A DNA stretch of 64,000 nucleotides. Origin: a virus. The first letter of the stretch is position 1; each line of letters starts with the position of its first letter. A program made the position numbers and the translations under genes. Positions 20,149 through 32,886 of this stretch are shown one piece after another. The notes under the pieces were generated by a model that worked only from the letters and a program-made list of their open reading frames with translations, did no database searches and was not told the origin of the DNA. The stretch lies in the IMG/VR virus record IMGVR_UViG_3300024257_000005, positions 32,001 to 96,000 of that record; one strand, written 5' to 3'.

Positions 20149-20643
20149 GTGGCATCAAGACATACAATCGACCAACAATTCATATCACAAGAGGTAGGCG
20201 GCCGCACAATAACACCAAGAATTATGGGCGGAGCAATTACTCCAGCAAATTCTGAATCGGTGATGATCCCAATTAAAGTTAATAGTCAGGGCGAACAGGT
20301 CATGGGCTTTGCCGATGATCCTTTATTAGTTACAGCTCCAGCATATAGTACTGCATTGACAAGTGGAAGTGTAGTAAAATCGAGCCCAGGATTTCTAAGT
20401 TCACTTACTGGATATAATTCAGGTGCCGCTCAATTTGTTCAAATTCACAATCTCTCAACCGCTCCACTGAATGGTGCAATTCCAATTAGTGTGATAGCAG
20501 TGGCAGCAACATCAAACTTCTCAATAACATTTGGCTCAACTGGACTACCACTTACCGATGGTATTGGTGTATTCAATTCAAGTACTGCAGCAACATTAAC
20601 AAGTGGTTCAAACGATATACTATTTACAGCAATATATAACTAG
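20149..20643 (+). CDS. Putative virion decoration/fibre protein A
   Basis: Ser/Thr/Gly-rich with beta-strand character; N-terminal 50 aa paralogous to the next gene. Confidence 0.5.
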   Translation: MASRHTIDQQFISQEVGGRTITPRIMGGAITPANSESVMIPIKVNSQGEQVMGFADDPLLVTAPAYSTALTSGSVVKSSPGFLSSLTGYNSGAAQFVQIHNLSTAPLNGAIPISVIAVAATSNFSITFGSTGLPLTDGIGVFNSSTAATLTSGSNDILFTAIYN

Positions 20644-20651
20644 GATAAATC

Positions 20652-21263
20652 ATGGGCAGCCATACAATAGATAAAGTATTCATATCACAAGAGGGAGGTG
20701 GAACAACCCAACAACCCAGAATGATGGGTGGGCTGATAACTCCTCTTGCATCGGAATCTATAATGCTTCCTACAAAATTGACACCACATGGCGCACAAGT
20801 TGTTGCTTCAACATCTGAAGCTAATATTGAAGATGGAACAAGGTTTATTACAACAACAGTATTAAAAGCACTACCATCAGAATCAATCAATATGTTATAC
20901 GCAGTTCCATCGCCAGATAATTCAACACATATCACAGCAGAAATCTATGTGTCGGTAGGAACAGAGCTTTGGATCTATGAAAGCCCAACTGTTTCAGCAA
21001 CTGGCTCGCTATTAGAAAATGTAAATCTAAATAGAACGTCGGCAATAACAAGCTCAATGAAAATGTCTGCTGGACCAACAGTTTCAAATAGTGGAAGTAT
21101 ATTATCAAATATGTACATTGGTGCAGGTACAAAAAATTCACCAATCCCAGGTAATGAAGTGTTTTCATTTATTTTTGATTCTACAAAAACGTATTTAATG
21201 AAAGTGGTACCTGGAGCAGATAATGCAATTCTATCTCTTGGTAGTGCTTGGTGCGAGGAATAA
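20652..21263 (+). CDS. Putative virion decoration/fibre protein B
   Basis: Shares the HTID..FISQE.GG..PR.MGG.ITP..SES N-terminus with 20149. Confidence 0.5.
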   Translation: MGSHTIDKVFISQEGGGTTQQPRMMGGLITPLASESIMLPTKLTPHGAQVVASTSEANIEDGTRFITTTVLKALPSESINMLYAVPSPDNSTHITAEIYVSVGTELWIYESPTVSATGSLLENVNLNRTSAITSSMKMSAGPTVSNSGSILSNMYIGAGTKNSPIPGNEVFSFIFDSTKTYLMKVVPGADNAILSLGSAWCEE

Positions 21264-21266
21264 TCT

Positions 21267-21815
21267 ATGTGCGATATAATGATAGTTGATGACGATAAGA
21301 GCATCCACACACTACTAGAATTACAATTGAAAAAGACTAATCTATGTGGTGGAAATTGTGAACTAGCACATGCATATTCTGCAGAAGAAGCAATTGAATT
21401 AGTAGGGAAACTAGATCACAGACCTTTCATATTCTTTGTTGATATAAATTTACCACAGAAATCTGGACCAGAATTTGTGAAATGGTTACATGAAAAAGAA
21501 GTATTTGCATTAATATTTATAGTCACAGGATCAGATGTGACTCCAATTGAATTTGAAAAACTGATCACAGCTGGAGTTGATGGATATTTTAGAAAGCCGA
21601 TTAATCAGAACTTATTAAAAACGATTGTTGGTATGACTTTAACGAAAGCCACTAAATTGGGTAGAAAACATGCTCGAATGTTTCACGAAACCGTAGGGAT
21701 GAAATTTGACAATTCTGTCCTTGACAACATTATTGAAAAATCAAAACATTTGAACATCTTATATGAAGAATTTCATTCAAGTAGACAAGGAGTTAGAGAA
21801 GATGCCACTATCTAA
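21267..21815 (+). CDS. Response-regulator receiver domain protein
   Basis: IMIVDDD, FVDINLPQKSG, VTG and FRKP: all canonical REC residues present. Confidence 0.88.
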   Translation: MCDIMIVDDDKSIHTLLELQLKKTNLCGGNCELAHAYSAEEAIELVGKLDHRPFIFFVDINLPQKSGPEFVKWLHEKEVFALIFIVTGSDVTPIEFEKLITAGVDGYFRKPINQNLLKTIVGMTLTKATKLGRKHARMFHETVGMKFDNSVLDNIIEKSKHLNILYEEFHSSRQGVREDATI

Positions 21816-22314
21816 AGAAGCTAGAAAAGAAGTGCAGGACATGATGGCATATGCCCTGTCTGATGCCGGTGAACAAAATAGCAAATTTATAGAAGTTATT
21901 ACAAACTATGCCACAACAAATCAGAATATACTGCATGCCATTGAAGAGAGCAATCGACAAATGGGTGAAATTAGTGGCAATGTAGCAGAAACAGCTAAAG
22001 CATTGAACAATGGATTATCAACTAAGATCGGTAATATTGACGCAAATGTTGCCATACTACATGACGATCACCATGCAGAAACTGGAGCAATTCCCGTATT
22101 AAAAGAAGAAATAAGAGATATGAAAAAGACAATGAAATCAATGTGAATTCCTTTGATTAGTGTTCTAATGACAACTCTTCTATTAGCTGGGTCAATAATT
22201 AGAACAGAAACGCCAGATACAATAGATCACCCAATAACAATTGAGCAGGTTGAAGATGCATATGAAAAAGGTGTGATAGATGGTCACAATTTGGAGATAT
22301 TAAATGATGAGTAA
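21802..22314 (+). CDS. Coiled-coil membrane protein across in-frame TGA 22144-22146
   Basis: Readthrough adds [W]IPLISVLMTTLLLAGSII (TM segment) and ends at TAA overlapping the next start. Confidence 0.72.
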
Positions 22315-22597
22315 AATATTTATAATGTTCGGTGGAAGAAAATTCCTATCTGTTATCCTTGCATCATTCTTGACATTCATGTCGGTCATATGGACATTTG
22401 GTCTAACCGAGACTGTTCCTACATATGCTCCATCTGCTAAAGATGCTAGCATTGAATATGTCATTACAGGCTACGAATTACAAGAGCCAATTCAGGCATA
22501 CTCATTCATTGGTATAATCGTACCTTCATACTTCTTGCTGATCACAGCTTATGCTGGTATCAATGCATATTCAAAAAAGAAAGACATACCTGACTAA
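22304..22597 (+). CDS. Holin-like two-TM membrane protein
   Basis: GGRKF followed by two hydrophobic helices and a basic C-terminus. Confidence 0.5.
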   Translation: MMSKIFIMFGGRKFLSVILASFLTFMSVIWTFGLTETVPTYAPSAKDASIEYVITGYELQEPIQAYSFIGIIVPSYFLLITAYAGINAYSKKKDIPD

Positions 22598-22663
22598 ATA
22601 AAAATTAATTCACCAGTCATCCCTTTATATTTAACAATGAACTTAAACATAAAGGGATAACCG

Positions 22664-23002
22664 ATGGACATGCTAGACAAAACAATTGTTTTAGAAACAT
22701 CCAATTCAAAAAACTCAACAAAAACACATGAGCAACTATTCAAACTAGAACGAAGGTTCATACGTATGATATGTGAAGAGCTTGGGATCAATAAGAAACA
22801 ATTCCGAAAAATGTATAAATCTAAGAAACCACAAGACCAGGGTTTTGCTAATGAGATTAATAAGCAATTCAAGAATCTCAAAGAATCATACATGGCAGAA
22901 GCTCCAAAAGAAATTTCAGCACCAACTCCAGAACCTGAACGTATGACAATTGGCGAAGTAACTACTCAAGGTGGCGACGCTGATGGTATTGGCATAAATT
23001 AG
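22664..23002 (+). CDS. Hypothetical protein
   Basis: ORF track. Confidence 0.55.
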   Translation: MDMLDKTIVLETSNSKNSTKTHEQLFKLERRFIRMICEELGINKKQFRKMYKSKKPQDQGFANEINKQFKNLKESYMAEAPKEISAPTPEPERMTIGEVTTQGGDADGIGIN

Positions 23003-23060
23003 GCCTTTACTTTATACGCTCCAAGGGTTATATTGAAAGGTCAACAAATAAGGAGTAGAC

Positions 23061-23564
23061 ATGCCCAAACGAAAAATCAAAAAACCAGCAAAAATTCACC
23101 AACGCAAGGTCTATAAGGCCAGCGGTCCAACACACTTTGGAGCCTTTAGTGATCAAGGCGTCTCTCAGGAGGTGCTATGCTCTAAGTGTAATCGAGAATA
23201 TCTGAAAATAGATGTTGGAGCAACTGGAGGAATTTGCTGGAAGTGTACACAGGTTTTATGTGGACCACCGGCTGGAATGAAAACTGGAGATTCAAAACCT
23301 ACGGTACAGAGGGTTCAGGGATGGCGTTGGATGAAAGAGTGGGTTGATCCGGATGGTACGGTTTGGCACAAAGGTGTTGAACAACCCAAGCTCAAGGGAA
23401 AAAGAGAACCAACAGATCCAGAACCAATTCGACAGGCAAGGATTGAAAAGAAAAAGATTGCAGCACAAAAGAAAGAAATAAAACTTCTCAAACATGCACA
23501 AAAGCAAAAAGAGGCACGAATTGCTGAGGCAAAGAAAAGAGAAGAATTAAAAAATAAAGGATAA
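23061..23564 (+). CDS. Basic zinc-finger protein
   Basis: CSKC..CWKC and GWRWMKEWVDPDG; early promoter and RBS upstream. Confidence 0.65.
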   Translation: MPKRKIKKPAKIHQRKVYKASGPTHFGAFSDQGVSQEVLCSKCNREYLKIDVGATGGICWKCTQVLCGPPAGMKTGDSKPTVQRVQGWRWMKEWVDPDGTVWHKGVEQPKLKGKREPTDPEPIRQARIEKKKIAAQKKEIKLLKHAQKQKEARIAEAKKREELKNKG

Positions 23565-23569
23565 AGATT

Positions 23570-23941
23570 ATGGGAACCGAAAAATCAGATAAAAAGCAGT
23601 GAAGCGATCTTGAAATTGTAGAAATGCTCGAAGAAAAATTCCCAGGAATGACTGGCGAATTTAAAGATATTCTTAAAGAGCAGTATCTTACATTTTGTCT
23701 AAAGCAATGGGATTACGGTCCCTCAAATATTGCTGTCGGAACCAACCTTGAAACACCTGAAGAGGTGAAGATGTCATGGATGGGATTGTGGTTCAGGATT
23801 AATGATAAGGTTCAGCGGCTCAAGAATATTCTATTCAACGATAAGACGGCAGCAAATGAACCAATGATTGATGCATTTATGGATATGTCAGTCTATGGAA
23901 TAATAGCACAAATTGTCGATAGGGGCAAGTGGGGTAAATAG
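23570..23941 (+). CDS. DUF1599 / nucleotide-modification-associated domain 1 protein; probable start 23570 across TGA 23600-23602
   Basis: DYGPSNI, RINDKVQRL and DAFMDMSVYGII. The upstream in-frame ATG has an AAGG RBS. Confidence 0.7.
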
Positions 23942-25036
23942 ATGAGATATGTTCTTAAGAAAACCTACACATTTGATGACGTATCAATTCAGCCAGAATT
24001 TTCTACTATTTCATCTAGATCAAATTGCAATGTAGAGACAAAGCTATCTCGTAATTTTAAAATGAGAATTCCAATCATTGCAACCCCGATGGACACTATC
24101 ACTGAAACTGAAATGGGTGTTCAGATGGACTATCTTGGAGGGTTGGGAATAATTCATCGGTTTATGTCTATTGAAGAGCAATGCAAGATGGTGACATGGA
24201 TTAATCACGATGGGCACGTTGGAATAGGAAATACTTTTCAGAAACCATATCTTCCTGAGAATGTATTGCCAAAAGTTATTGGAGCTGCAATTGGTGTAAA
24301 CAATATCGAAAGAGCCAGAGCATTACTCAAAGCAGGAGCTAATCTTTTAATGATTGATGTAGCCCATGCAGATCATCAGCTTGTTCTTGATATGATTGAA
24401 CTATTGGTTAAGCTAAAAGATGAATATGATTTTGACATCTTGGCAGGAACAATTGCTACATCCGGAGCAGCTAAAAGACTTATTAAAGCAGGTGTAGATG
24501 GATTGGTTGTTGGAGTAGGTGGTGGCTCATTATGTGAAACACGAATTAGAGCAGGTGTAGGAATACCAATGATCACATCAATTTCAGATGTGGCAGACGC
24601 TATCGAATTTATGGATCCAGAAGTTTCACTAATTGCAACAGGAGGCATGAGAACTCCAGGTGACGTTGCAAAAGCTATAGCAGCTGGAGCAGACTGTGTT
24701 ATGTTAGGATCAATGCTAGCAGGCACAAGAGAGACTCCGGGAGCTATTCATAAAAGTGGTACCTATGGGAAGGACGTTCTTTTCAAATCCTATAGAGGAT
24801 CGGCTTCACCTGATTCAAAAAGAGATCGTGGTGAGACAAAGAATGTAGAAGGAAATTCTACTACTATTCCATATAGAGGAAGCGTGGTTAGAATAGTAAA
24901 CGAAATTATAGAAGGACTACAATCGTCTATGAGCTATGTTGGTACTGACAGCATGGGAGACTTTAAAGCACAGGCAATATTAGTTGAAATATCACAATCA
25001 GGAGTGATGGAGGCAAAACCACACTTACTGCATTAA
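23942..25036 (+). CDS. IMP dehydrogenase / GMP reductase family (no CBS domains)
   Basis: TFDDV, PMDTIT, GVGGGSLCETR, GSMLAG and YRGSAS motifs. Confidence 0.9.
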   Translation: MRYVLKKTYTFDDVSIQPEFSTISSRSNCNVETKLSRNFKMRIPIIATPMDTITETEMGVQMDYLGGLGIIHRFMSIEEQCKMVTWINHDGHVGIGNTFQKPYLPENVLPKVIGAAIGVNNIERARALLKAGANLLMIDVAHADHQLVLDMIELLVKLKDEYDFDILAGTIATSGAAKRLIKAGVDGLVVGVGGGSLCETRIRAGVGIPMITSISDVADAIEFMDPEVSLIATGGMRTPGDVAKAIAAGADCVMLGSMLAGTRETPGAIHKSGTYGKDVLFKSYRGSASPDSKRDRGETKNVEGNSTTIPYRGSVVRIVNEIIEGLQSSMSYVGTDSMGDFKAQAILVEISQSGVMEAKPHLLH

Positions 25037-25045
25037 GAGGTTATC

Positions 25046-25579
25046 ATGTTAGATAAAAAATTCTGGTTAGATCTAGAATGGAGATTTGACTACAAGACAC
25101 CAATACCAGATCTAATGGCACAAATTCAAAAAGACGTCGATGAATCAATCGAAAATGGCTACGACGATATCCAATTTTGGCTAGGTTCTGATTCTCAAGT
25201 GTACCCAAAGAAGGGTAAAATCAAGTACGTAGTTGCTATTGTAATGTATAGAGTTTCTCAAGGTGCTAGAATTTACTTTGCAAATAAAGAAACTGACATT
25301 CCAAGGGGTTTGAAAAAACAACCACTTGCTCGTGTTAGACTTTGGAATGAAGTTTACTGGAGCGTGATGGTTTCAGATGTATTCGAACCTAAGTTAATGG
25401 AATTGGGATATCTTGTTGATGAAGTACATGCTGATGTCAATGAAGATAAAAGATTCTTATCGAATGAAGTAATGGCAGCTGTTTTAGGGTACATTACATC
25501 TAAGGGCTATGTAGGAAAAGCAAAGCCAGATGCATATAGTGCTTCAAAAGCTGCTGATAGAAGACTGAAGAAGAGATAA
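25046..25579 (+). CDS. RNase H-like YkuK/DUF458 family protein
   Basis: GSDSQ, RLWNEV, EVHADVN and AYSASKAAD motifs. Confidence 0.82.
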   Translation: MLDKKFWLDLEWRFDYKTPIPDLMAQIQKDVDESIENGYDDIQFWLGSDSQVYPKKGKIKYVVAIVMYRVSQGARIYFANKETDIPRGLKKQPLARVRLWNEVYWSVMVSDVFEPKLMELGYLVDEVHADVNEDKRFLSNEVMAAVLGYITSKGYVGKAKPDAYSASKAADRRLKKR

Positions 25580-25634
25580 TAAAAATAAATTTCTAAGATT
25601 TTAATGAATATTTAAATTAAACAAGGAGAATAAG

Positions 25635-25859
25635 ATGCAAGAAGTTATGGTAGTGTTTTTAGTAGAAAACGAAGACAATCAGGGCAATATCAAGATCAAG
25701 AAAACACGTGAAAATGTTCTGGTTCCAAAAGCTCTTTCACCTGAGTATGCAATCAAACGAGTTGCAGAATGGCTAAAAGATTCACCAACAAAATGGGAAA
25801 TCAAGCAGGTCAAAGAGTCAAATCTAAAAGTTGTATTAACTGAGGATGGCGAGCTGTAA
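25635..25859 (+). CDS. Hypothetical protein
   Basis: AAGGAG RBS. Confidence 0.6.
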   Translation: MQEVMVVFLVENEDNQGNIKIKKTRENVLVPKALSPEYAIKRVAEWLKDSPTKWEIKQVKESNLKVVLTEDGEL

Positions 25860-26303
25860 AATGTCATTAATAGTAAAATATGACGACGATACATATTGCG
25901 AACATTGTGGCGAGAACCATGAATATTTTGGCATCTCAGTTTTACACGAGGGAACGTTCTGGTGTGTTACTTGTGCAGAAGGTGTTGTTCCCCTTTCCAA
26001 AGTTCAGGTAAAAGAATTTGAATTAAAAGAATTGAAAGAGAGAAAGAAATGGTTGGAGAAGGAACTGAAAAAGTTAGGATAGATCTCGTCTCTACTCAAG
26101 CAGGCGATTGGGTCGTAGTTTATCTTGACGGGAAAAAGGAAGGATATGAAGGGCATTCAGTACCAACAGATGAATTTATTCGATTGCACGAAGAATATCC
26201 TCATTCAATAATTAATACACATGAATGCAGCGATGCTGCAGAAAAGGAAGCTTATAGCTCTGGCACATTACCAGAGACTCTATCGGAGGCATTGAAATAG
26301 AAA

Positions 26304-26969
26304 ATGGATAAAAATTTAAAATACGCTTTTCTCATACCAATTGGGAATAGCATTTCGGGCAAGCTGATACCCCAACTTCTACAACTACACAATCTTGCTA
26401 AAAGAGTGGGTGCTAGGATATATACCATTCCAAACAGGATCCATGTAGATGCCCGAAATGCTCTAGCAACTAAAGGCGGAGGATTTGTTAATCCCACCAA
26501 GCTGATCAAAGATACTGAATGGCTAGTTTGGTTTGATGCCGATCAAGCATATACGATGAGTAATGTGAAACGACTTCTTGAGTATGATGAAGAAGAAAAA
26601 TTTATTAGTGGCTGGTACATCAAAGACGTTGCAGGTCAGAGAAATCCACAAGCGATGGTAGCAAGGTGGGACGAAGAGCATTTTAAGAAACATGGATCGA
26701 TGGAATTTCTAAATGAGAAGGAAATCATGGAATCAAAAGAGCCAATCAGGGTAGACTATGTTGGCTTTGGTTTCTGCAGGATCCATTCATCGGTATTTGA
26801 GAAAATGGAATATCCATATTTTAGACATCATGTTACAAAAATCGGAGACTATCGGGATAATTCAAGTGAAGATGTGTCATTCTGTTTAGATGCATCTGAG
26901 TTAGCCGGTGTAAAACCATTGGTCATTCCTGAATTACGAATTGGACATCTTAAGGAGATTATTATATAA
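26304..26969 (+). CDS. GT-A fold glycosyltransferase-like protein
   Basis: ARN, WFDAD, GFGFC, SEDVSFC and IGHLK motifs. Confidence 0.78.
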   Translation: MDKNLKYAFLIPIGNSISGKLIPQLLQLHNLAKRVGARIYTIPNRIHVDARNALATKGGGFVNPTKLIKDTEWLVWFDADQAYTMSNVKRLLEYDEEEKFISGWYIKDVAGQRNPQAMVARWDEEHFKKHGSMEFLNEKEIMESKEPIRVDYVGFGFCRIHSSVFEKMEYPYFRHHVTKIGDYRDNSSEDVSFCLDASELAGVKPLVIPELRIGHLKEIII

Positions 26970-27311
26970 TGACAAACGAAATATCAGTTAGAGATAGTGA
27001 AAAATTATTAAAGCGCTTTGAAGTTCCTCATGAAATATACCTTTACATTAAACAGCTTGAAGGGTATATTAAGCGACCAACACAATCGAAGCTGCTTGAA
27101 AATTATCCAGAAAGATTTAAGATTGTCAACAGAGAGGGAGATGAAATGAAAATTAAAAATTGGGCACCAGACGGAAGTGGATATTCTATCTCAACAGAGA
27201 ACGTTTTGACATGTTCACGAAAACTGCTTGACGAATTATATCATTCAGATCAAATCACCGAACAGCGATATCAAGAAATTTTAATAGAAAGAAAAGCTAA
27301 GGAGGCCTAAC

Positions 27312-28127
27312 ATGGCTGGAGAATCAACACAATTTGCATGGGGAACGAATTCTCATGATACATCATTTACTTCCTTTGGAACTGGAGGTGTTTTTATTGA
27401 TAGTACAACAGCAGCAGGATGGGCTGATGGAGTTACAATAAATGGATCTATCTCAGCTGGCAATACAACAATGGATGTTGTGAAGAAAAAAGGAACACCT
27501 ATTCGATTTGCTTTTGGACTGGTCAAAAAGAATCTAACATTTCTTGAACATCGAAGAATTAAAGCAAGGCTCAAGAGAGCTGAAGCAATGGTAAATAAGG
27601 CTGCAGAGACAGGTCAGGTAGCATTATCAGAACAAGCATTCACAGCATGGGAAGTACTATTAAAGGAAACTCAAATCTATGGTGCTAACTTCAAATATTT
27701 CATTGACGAACCATTACTGGACAAATTCATTGCATCTACTGATCCTAATAAGAATCGAAGGAATGCTGAAATTCATGTGACACCGGTCGCAGAGTTCACA
27801 CGTCTTATTCCTGCAGGACCACAGAAGAAATTGGATAAAGCTCGTAAACTAGAATTATTCGACGAAATAGTTGTAGTTCATCATGACCCAGAATTAAACA
27901 GTGTATCTGAAAAGGAAAAGAAAAAGATCAAACGTGAAAAAGATCCAATTCTTTTTGGCAAGATTAATAACTGCAATAGACTATATTTCATAGATGATTG
28001 GGAAGATGAATATTGTGATCTAACATTTGATGACATTGTTGATCGTCTTGATTTAGAAGAAGAAGGTATCGTATTAACTAAAGACCCAAAATTCAATCTA
28101 CCTGGGATTCTTAAGGAGGATGATTAA
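27312..28127 (+). CDS. Conserved jumbo-phage hypothetical protein
   Basis: KDPILFG..RLYFIDDWEDEYCDLT; GGAGG RBS. Confidence 0.65.
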   Translation: MAGESTQFAWGTNSHDTSFTSFGTGGVFIDSTTAAGWADGVTINGSISAGNTTMDVVKKKGTPIRFAFGLVKKNLTFLEHRRIKARLKRAEAMVNKAAETGQVALSEQAFTAWEVLLKETQIYGANFKYFIDEPLLDKFIASTDPNKNRRNAEIHVTPVAEFTRLIPAGPQKKLDKARKLELFDEIVVVHHDPELNSVSEKEKKKIKREKDPILFGKINNCNRLYFIDDWEDEYCDLTFDDIVDRLDLEEEGIVLTKDPKFNLPGILKEDD

Positions 28128-28854
28128 TGTTTACGCTATTGAATTTGTCTGTCGTATTTGGAGTTCTATTTCTTGGAGCAGTATTTCTTTTGCTCCATGG
28201 ATTATTCGAGCGAACTGCAGGTTTGGAACGTCGTGTTGAAGTATATGAATACAATGTGAGTGCAGAAAAGACGCTTCTCGGGTGGGTTCCATTTGGGTAT
28301 CAAACATATAATTATGGTAGTGCCGTGCCAAATAATATACGCTATAATTGGCAAGAGTTTAGAAGAGCTGATATTCAAGATGAAACACCTGAGCGGATAA
28401 AAATCAAACACCATTGGTACTCAAAATCAGAAGTGGTCTATGTTGATAGAAGCGATCCATATGAGCATAAGAAAGTAGAAATTGAAAACTATCTTCATTT
28501 CAAAAATAATCAAGGCACTATTGTATTGGAGCTTGAAAGGAAATAATATGAGCGAACAACATGCAATATCAGGTAGCATAACATTTAGCGATGATCAAGT
28601 CAAGCGAATGAAAGAAGCTAAAGAGCAGGTTCGCCAAAACCAACAGGGTTCAGCAAGATTTTCATTCGATGGTTCTAAACGCTTTGTAAATGATATGCTG
28701 TACCATGTGCACCTCTGGGATCATATTGAAATTAAGATAGAAAGTAGATCAGATTCTTGGAGACGTTCAAGTATAATTGGAACTGTCACAGGAAGACAGA
28801 GTGTTGTTGATGAGTTCGTTGAGCGATTTGATAATGCAGTAGGGAATTTAAATA

Positions 28855-29331
28855 ATGGACTATAGAATATATCTAGCAGGGCAAATGGCTCCAGACAGAA
28901 GGACTGTCGAGTGGAGAAAACTATTTACAAAAGGTGTTTCAGATTGTTCAAACGTTGTTATATTGGATCCTAGTTTGAATGAAGCATTTAAGCAGACTCT
29001 TACAGGAGAAGAGGCGTTGATGTCTGTGTACAAATCAGATGTTGGTAAGCTTATTGTTAGTAAGGATCGAGCCATGGTTAAAGAGGCAAATGTTCTCATT
29101 GCAGATCTCAACAAGTATGATGATGAGAAGATTGTCCTTGGAACACTATTTGAATTAGCATGGGCCTATGATGATCCAGCAACAACGGTTATTGTCATAG
29201 GAGATGAATTGGCAGGCACAATGTTATTTCACCCATTTGTAATATCAACAGCTGATATTATTGTAAAAACAACAGAAGAAGCAATCGCACTTGTCAGATG
29301 GATGGCAGGTTCAGAAGTAAAGGAATATTAG
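28855..29331 (+). CDS. Nucleoside 2-deoxyribosyltransferase-like protein
   Basis: IYLAG, D..MV and GTLFELAWA motifs. Confidence 0.8.
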   Translation: MDYRIYLAGQMAPDRRTVEWRKLFTKGVSDCSNVVILDPSLNEAFKQTLTGEEALMSVYKSDVGKLIVSKDRAMVKEANVLIADLNKYDDEKIVLGTLFELAWAYDDPATTVIVIGDELAGTMLFHPFVISTADIIVKTTEEAIALVRWMAGSEVKEY

Positions 29332-29739
29332 AATGACAATAGAAGTAACAGAACCAACAATGTTAAAATTCTGGAACCCGGAAGATGTAACGAATACTTT
29401 CGTATTCAGATCTGGATGGAACCAGTCGTATAATGTAGTAATTGAATACGGTGACAGAGATGAATTCAAACATCACTTGGTAACTCTTGAAGAGCTTAAA
29501 GATCTCATCGGCTATCAAAATCAACAAAAGGTTCGAGATACACTAGGAGGATAATATGGAAACAACAAGAAATTTTGGTAGAAAACTATTGACTGGAATA
29601 TTTGGATTAGGGTGCGTATCTATGTCTCCTTTATTTATAACTGCATATCCTTTCATAGCTTCGCTAGCATGGATAACTGGTGTCAGCATAATAACATATA
29701 TAGTAGTATTCTGGGCTTCAAGCATAAGAGGGGAGCATT

Positions 29740-30768
29740 ATGAGTTTTAAAAAATATTCAAGCATCGATAATGCATACAGAGAAAAGACTGTAAACTACT
29801 ACATTATGCAAGGTCATACTCAAGGAATATGGAGAGGCCGTGAGAAAATTCATGGTGCTAATTTCCAGTTTGCATATAATGGCGGTGAAGTGAAAATTGG
29901 AAAGCGATCAGCATACTTAAAGCCAATTGAACACATTGGATTCTTTAGATCAGATGTCATTTACGACCGCTATATTAATTCAATTCACATCCTTGCAGCA
30001 TCTCTAGAAATGTCAGTTCCGGATGGAACACCTCTAGAGTTTACTATTTATGGAGAGCTCTATGGTGGTGTTTATCCTCATCCCGATGTTGAAAAAGATC
30101 CAGAAGGTAAACAGGTTCAGAAGGGAATCTACTATGCACCTGGGAATCATTTTGCTGCATTTGATATGAAGCTAAATGGTGAATTTGTTCCTGACGGCAG
30201 CTTTGAGGCTTTAATGGCTCTCATTGGAATGCCCGTTGCACCTATTCTTGTTGAAGGAACATTTGAAGAAGTGATGGCTTATACTAATGAAGGTCAATCA
30301 ATTGTTGGTGTGAGATTACATGGTCTTCCTCCTATTGAGAATAATGTAATGGAAGGACTAGTAATAAAGCCCATAATCCCACAGTATCTGAATGATGGCT
30401 CAAGGGTGATTCTTAAAAACAAGAATGAAAAATGGTCTGAAAAATCTAATAAGACTCGTGTTCCCAAGGCTGAAATAAAAATGACTTCAGAACAAAAAGA
30501 TGTTTATTTATTACTATCAAACAGAGTTACCGAGAATAGACTTCGTAATGTCATTTCACATTTTGGCAATGTGACAAACAAGGACTTCGGAAAACTTCTT
30601 GCATTAATGACTCAGGATATTATTACTGAGCACACTAAAGAAGATGAAGTTCTGCTTGCCTCAATGGAAGACAAGAAGGAACGTAAGCTATTAACTAAAA
30701 TGCTTAATGGAGATATTGCAACTATGGTTCGCAAGAATTTCTTAAACATAATTGACGGAGAATTTTAA
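29740..30768 (+). CDS. RNA ligase, Rnl2 family
   Basis: FKKYSSI, EKIHGANF, YGELYGG, FDM, EGLVIKP and LKNKN motifs. Confidence 0.92.
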   Translation: MSFKKYSSIDNAYREKTVNYYIMQGHTQGIWRGREKIHGANFQFAYNGGEVKIGKRSAYLKPIEHIGFFRSDVIYDRYINSIHILAASLEMSVPDGTPLEFTIYGELYGGVYPHPDVEKDPEGKQVQKGIYYAPGNHFAAFDMKLNGEFVPDGSFEALMALIGMPVAPILVEGTFEEVMAYTNEGQSIVGVRLHGLPPIENNVMEGLVIKPIIPQYLNDGSRVILKNKNEKWSEKSNKTRVPKAEIKMTSEQKDVYLLLSNRVTENRLRNVISHFGNVTNKDFGKLLALMTQDIITEHTKEDEVLLASMEDKKERKLLTKMLNGDIATMVRKNFLNIIDGEF

Positions 30769-30932
30769 TGGCTCCAGAATTTATTGCATGGCTACTATTA
30801 AATGTAGGAATATTATTAGCATGGTTTGTATTTCTATTACTGCTTAAATGGTTGGCTGAGTACTGGATCACAAAACAGTATCCACATCTCAAAAAGAAGA
30901 AAAGTGTTGTGGATGAATATAAAAATAAATAG

Positions 30933-32582
<1,650 letters not shown>

Positions 32583-32886
32583 ATGGAATGATATTTAATA
32601 ATAATTCCTCTAGTTTGACTACTTAGTGGTCCAGCTAGAGGAAGAATAAATAATTGACAAAGGAAAAAATAAACTAGGCTTTTTGAAAACTACGTTATAT
32701 TTATATATATGAAAAGAATTACAAACATATTATCCCGTTATTTTAGTAGACAACTCTGGTTGGGTTGTGGGGCGTGTTCGTTATGTGATAGTGTCTCAAC
32801 ACCAAAACATAATGCCATTGCTCGCAATGACGAACAACCTAGGGAGCCTTTTGTGTAACGATTAATACAATCATATAGATTTACAT

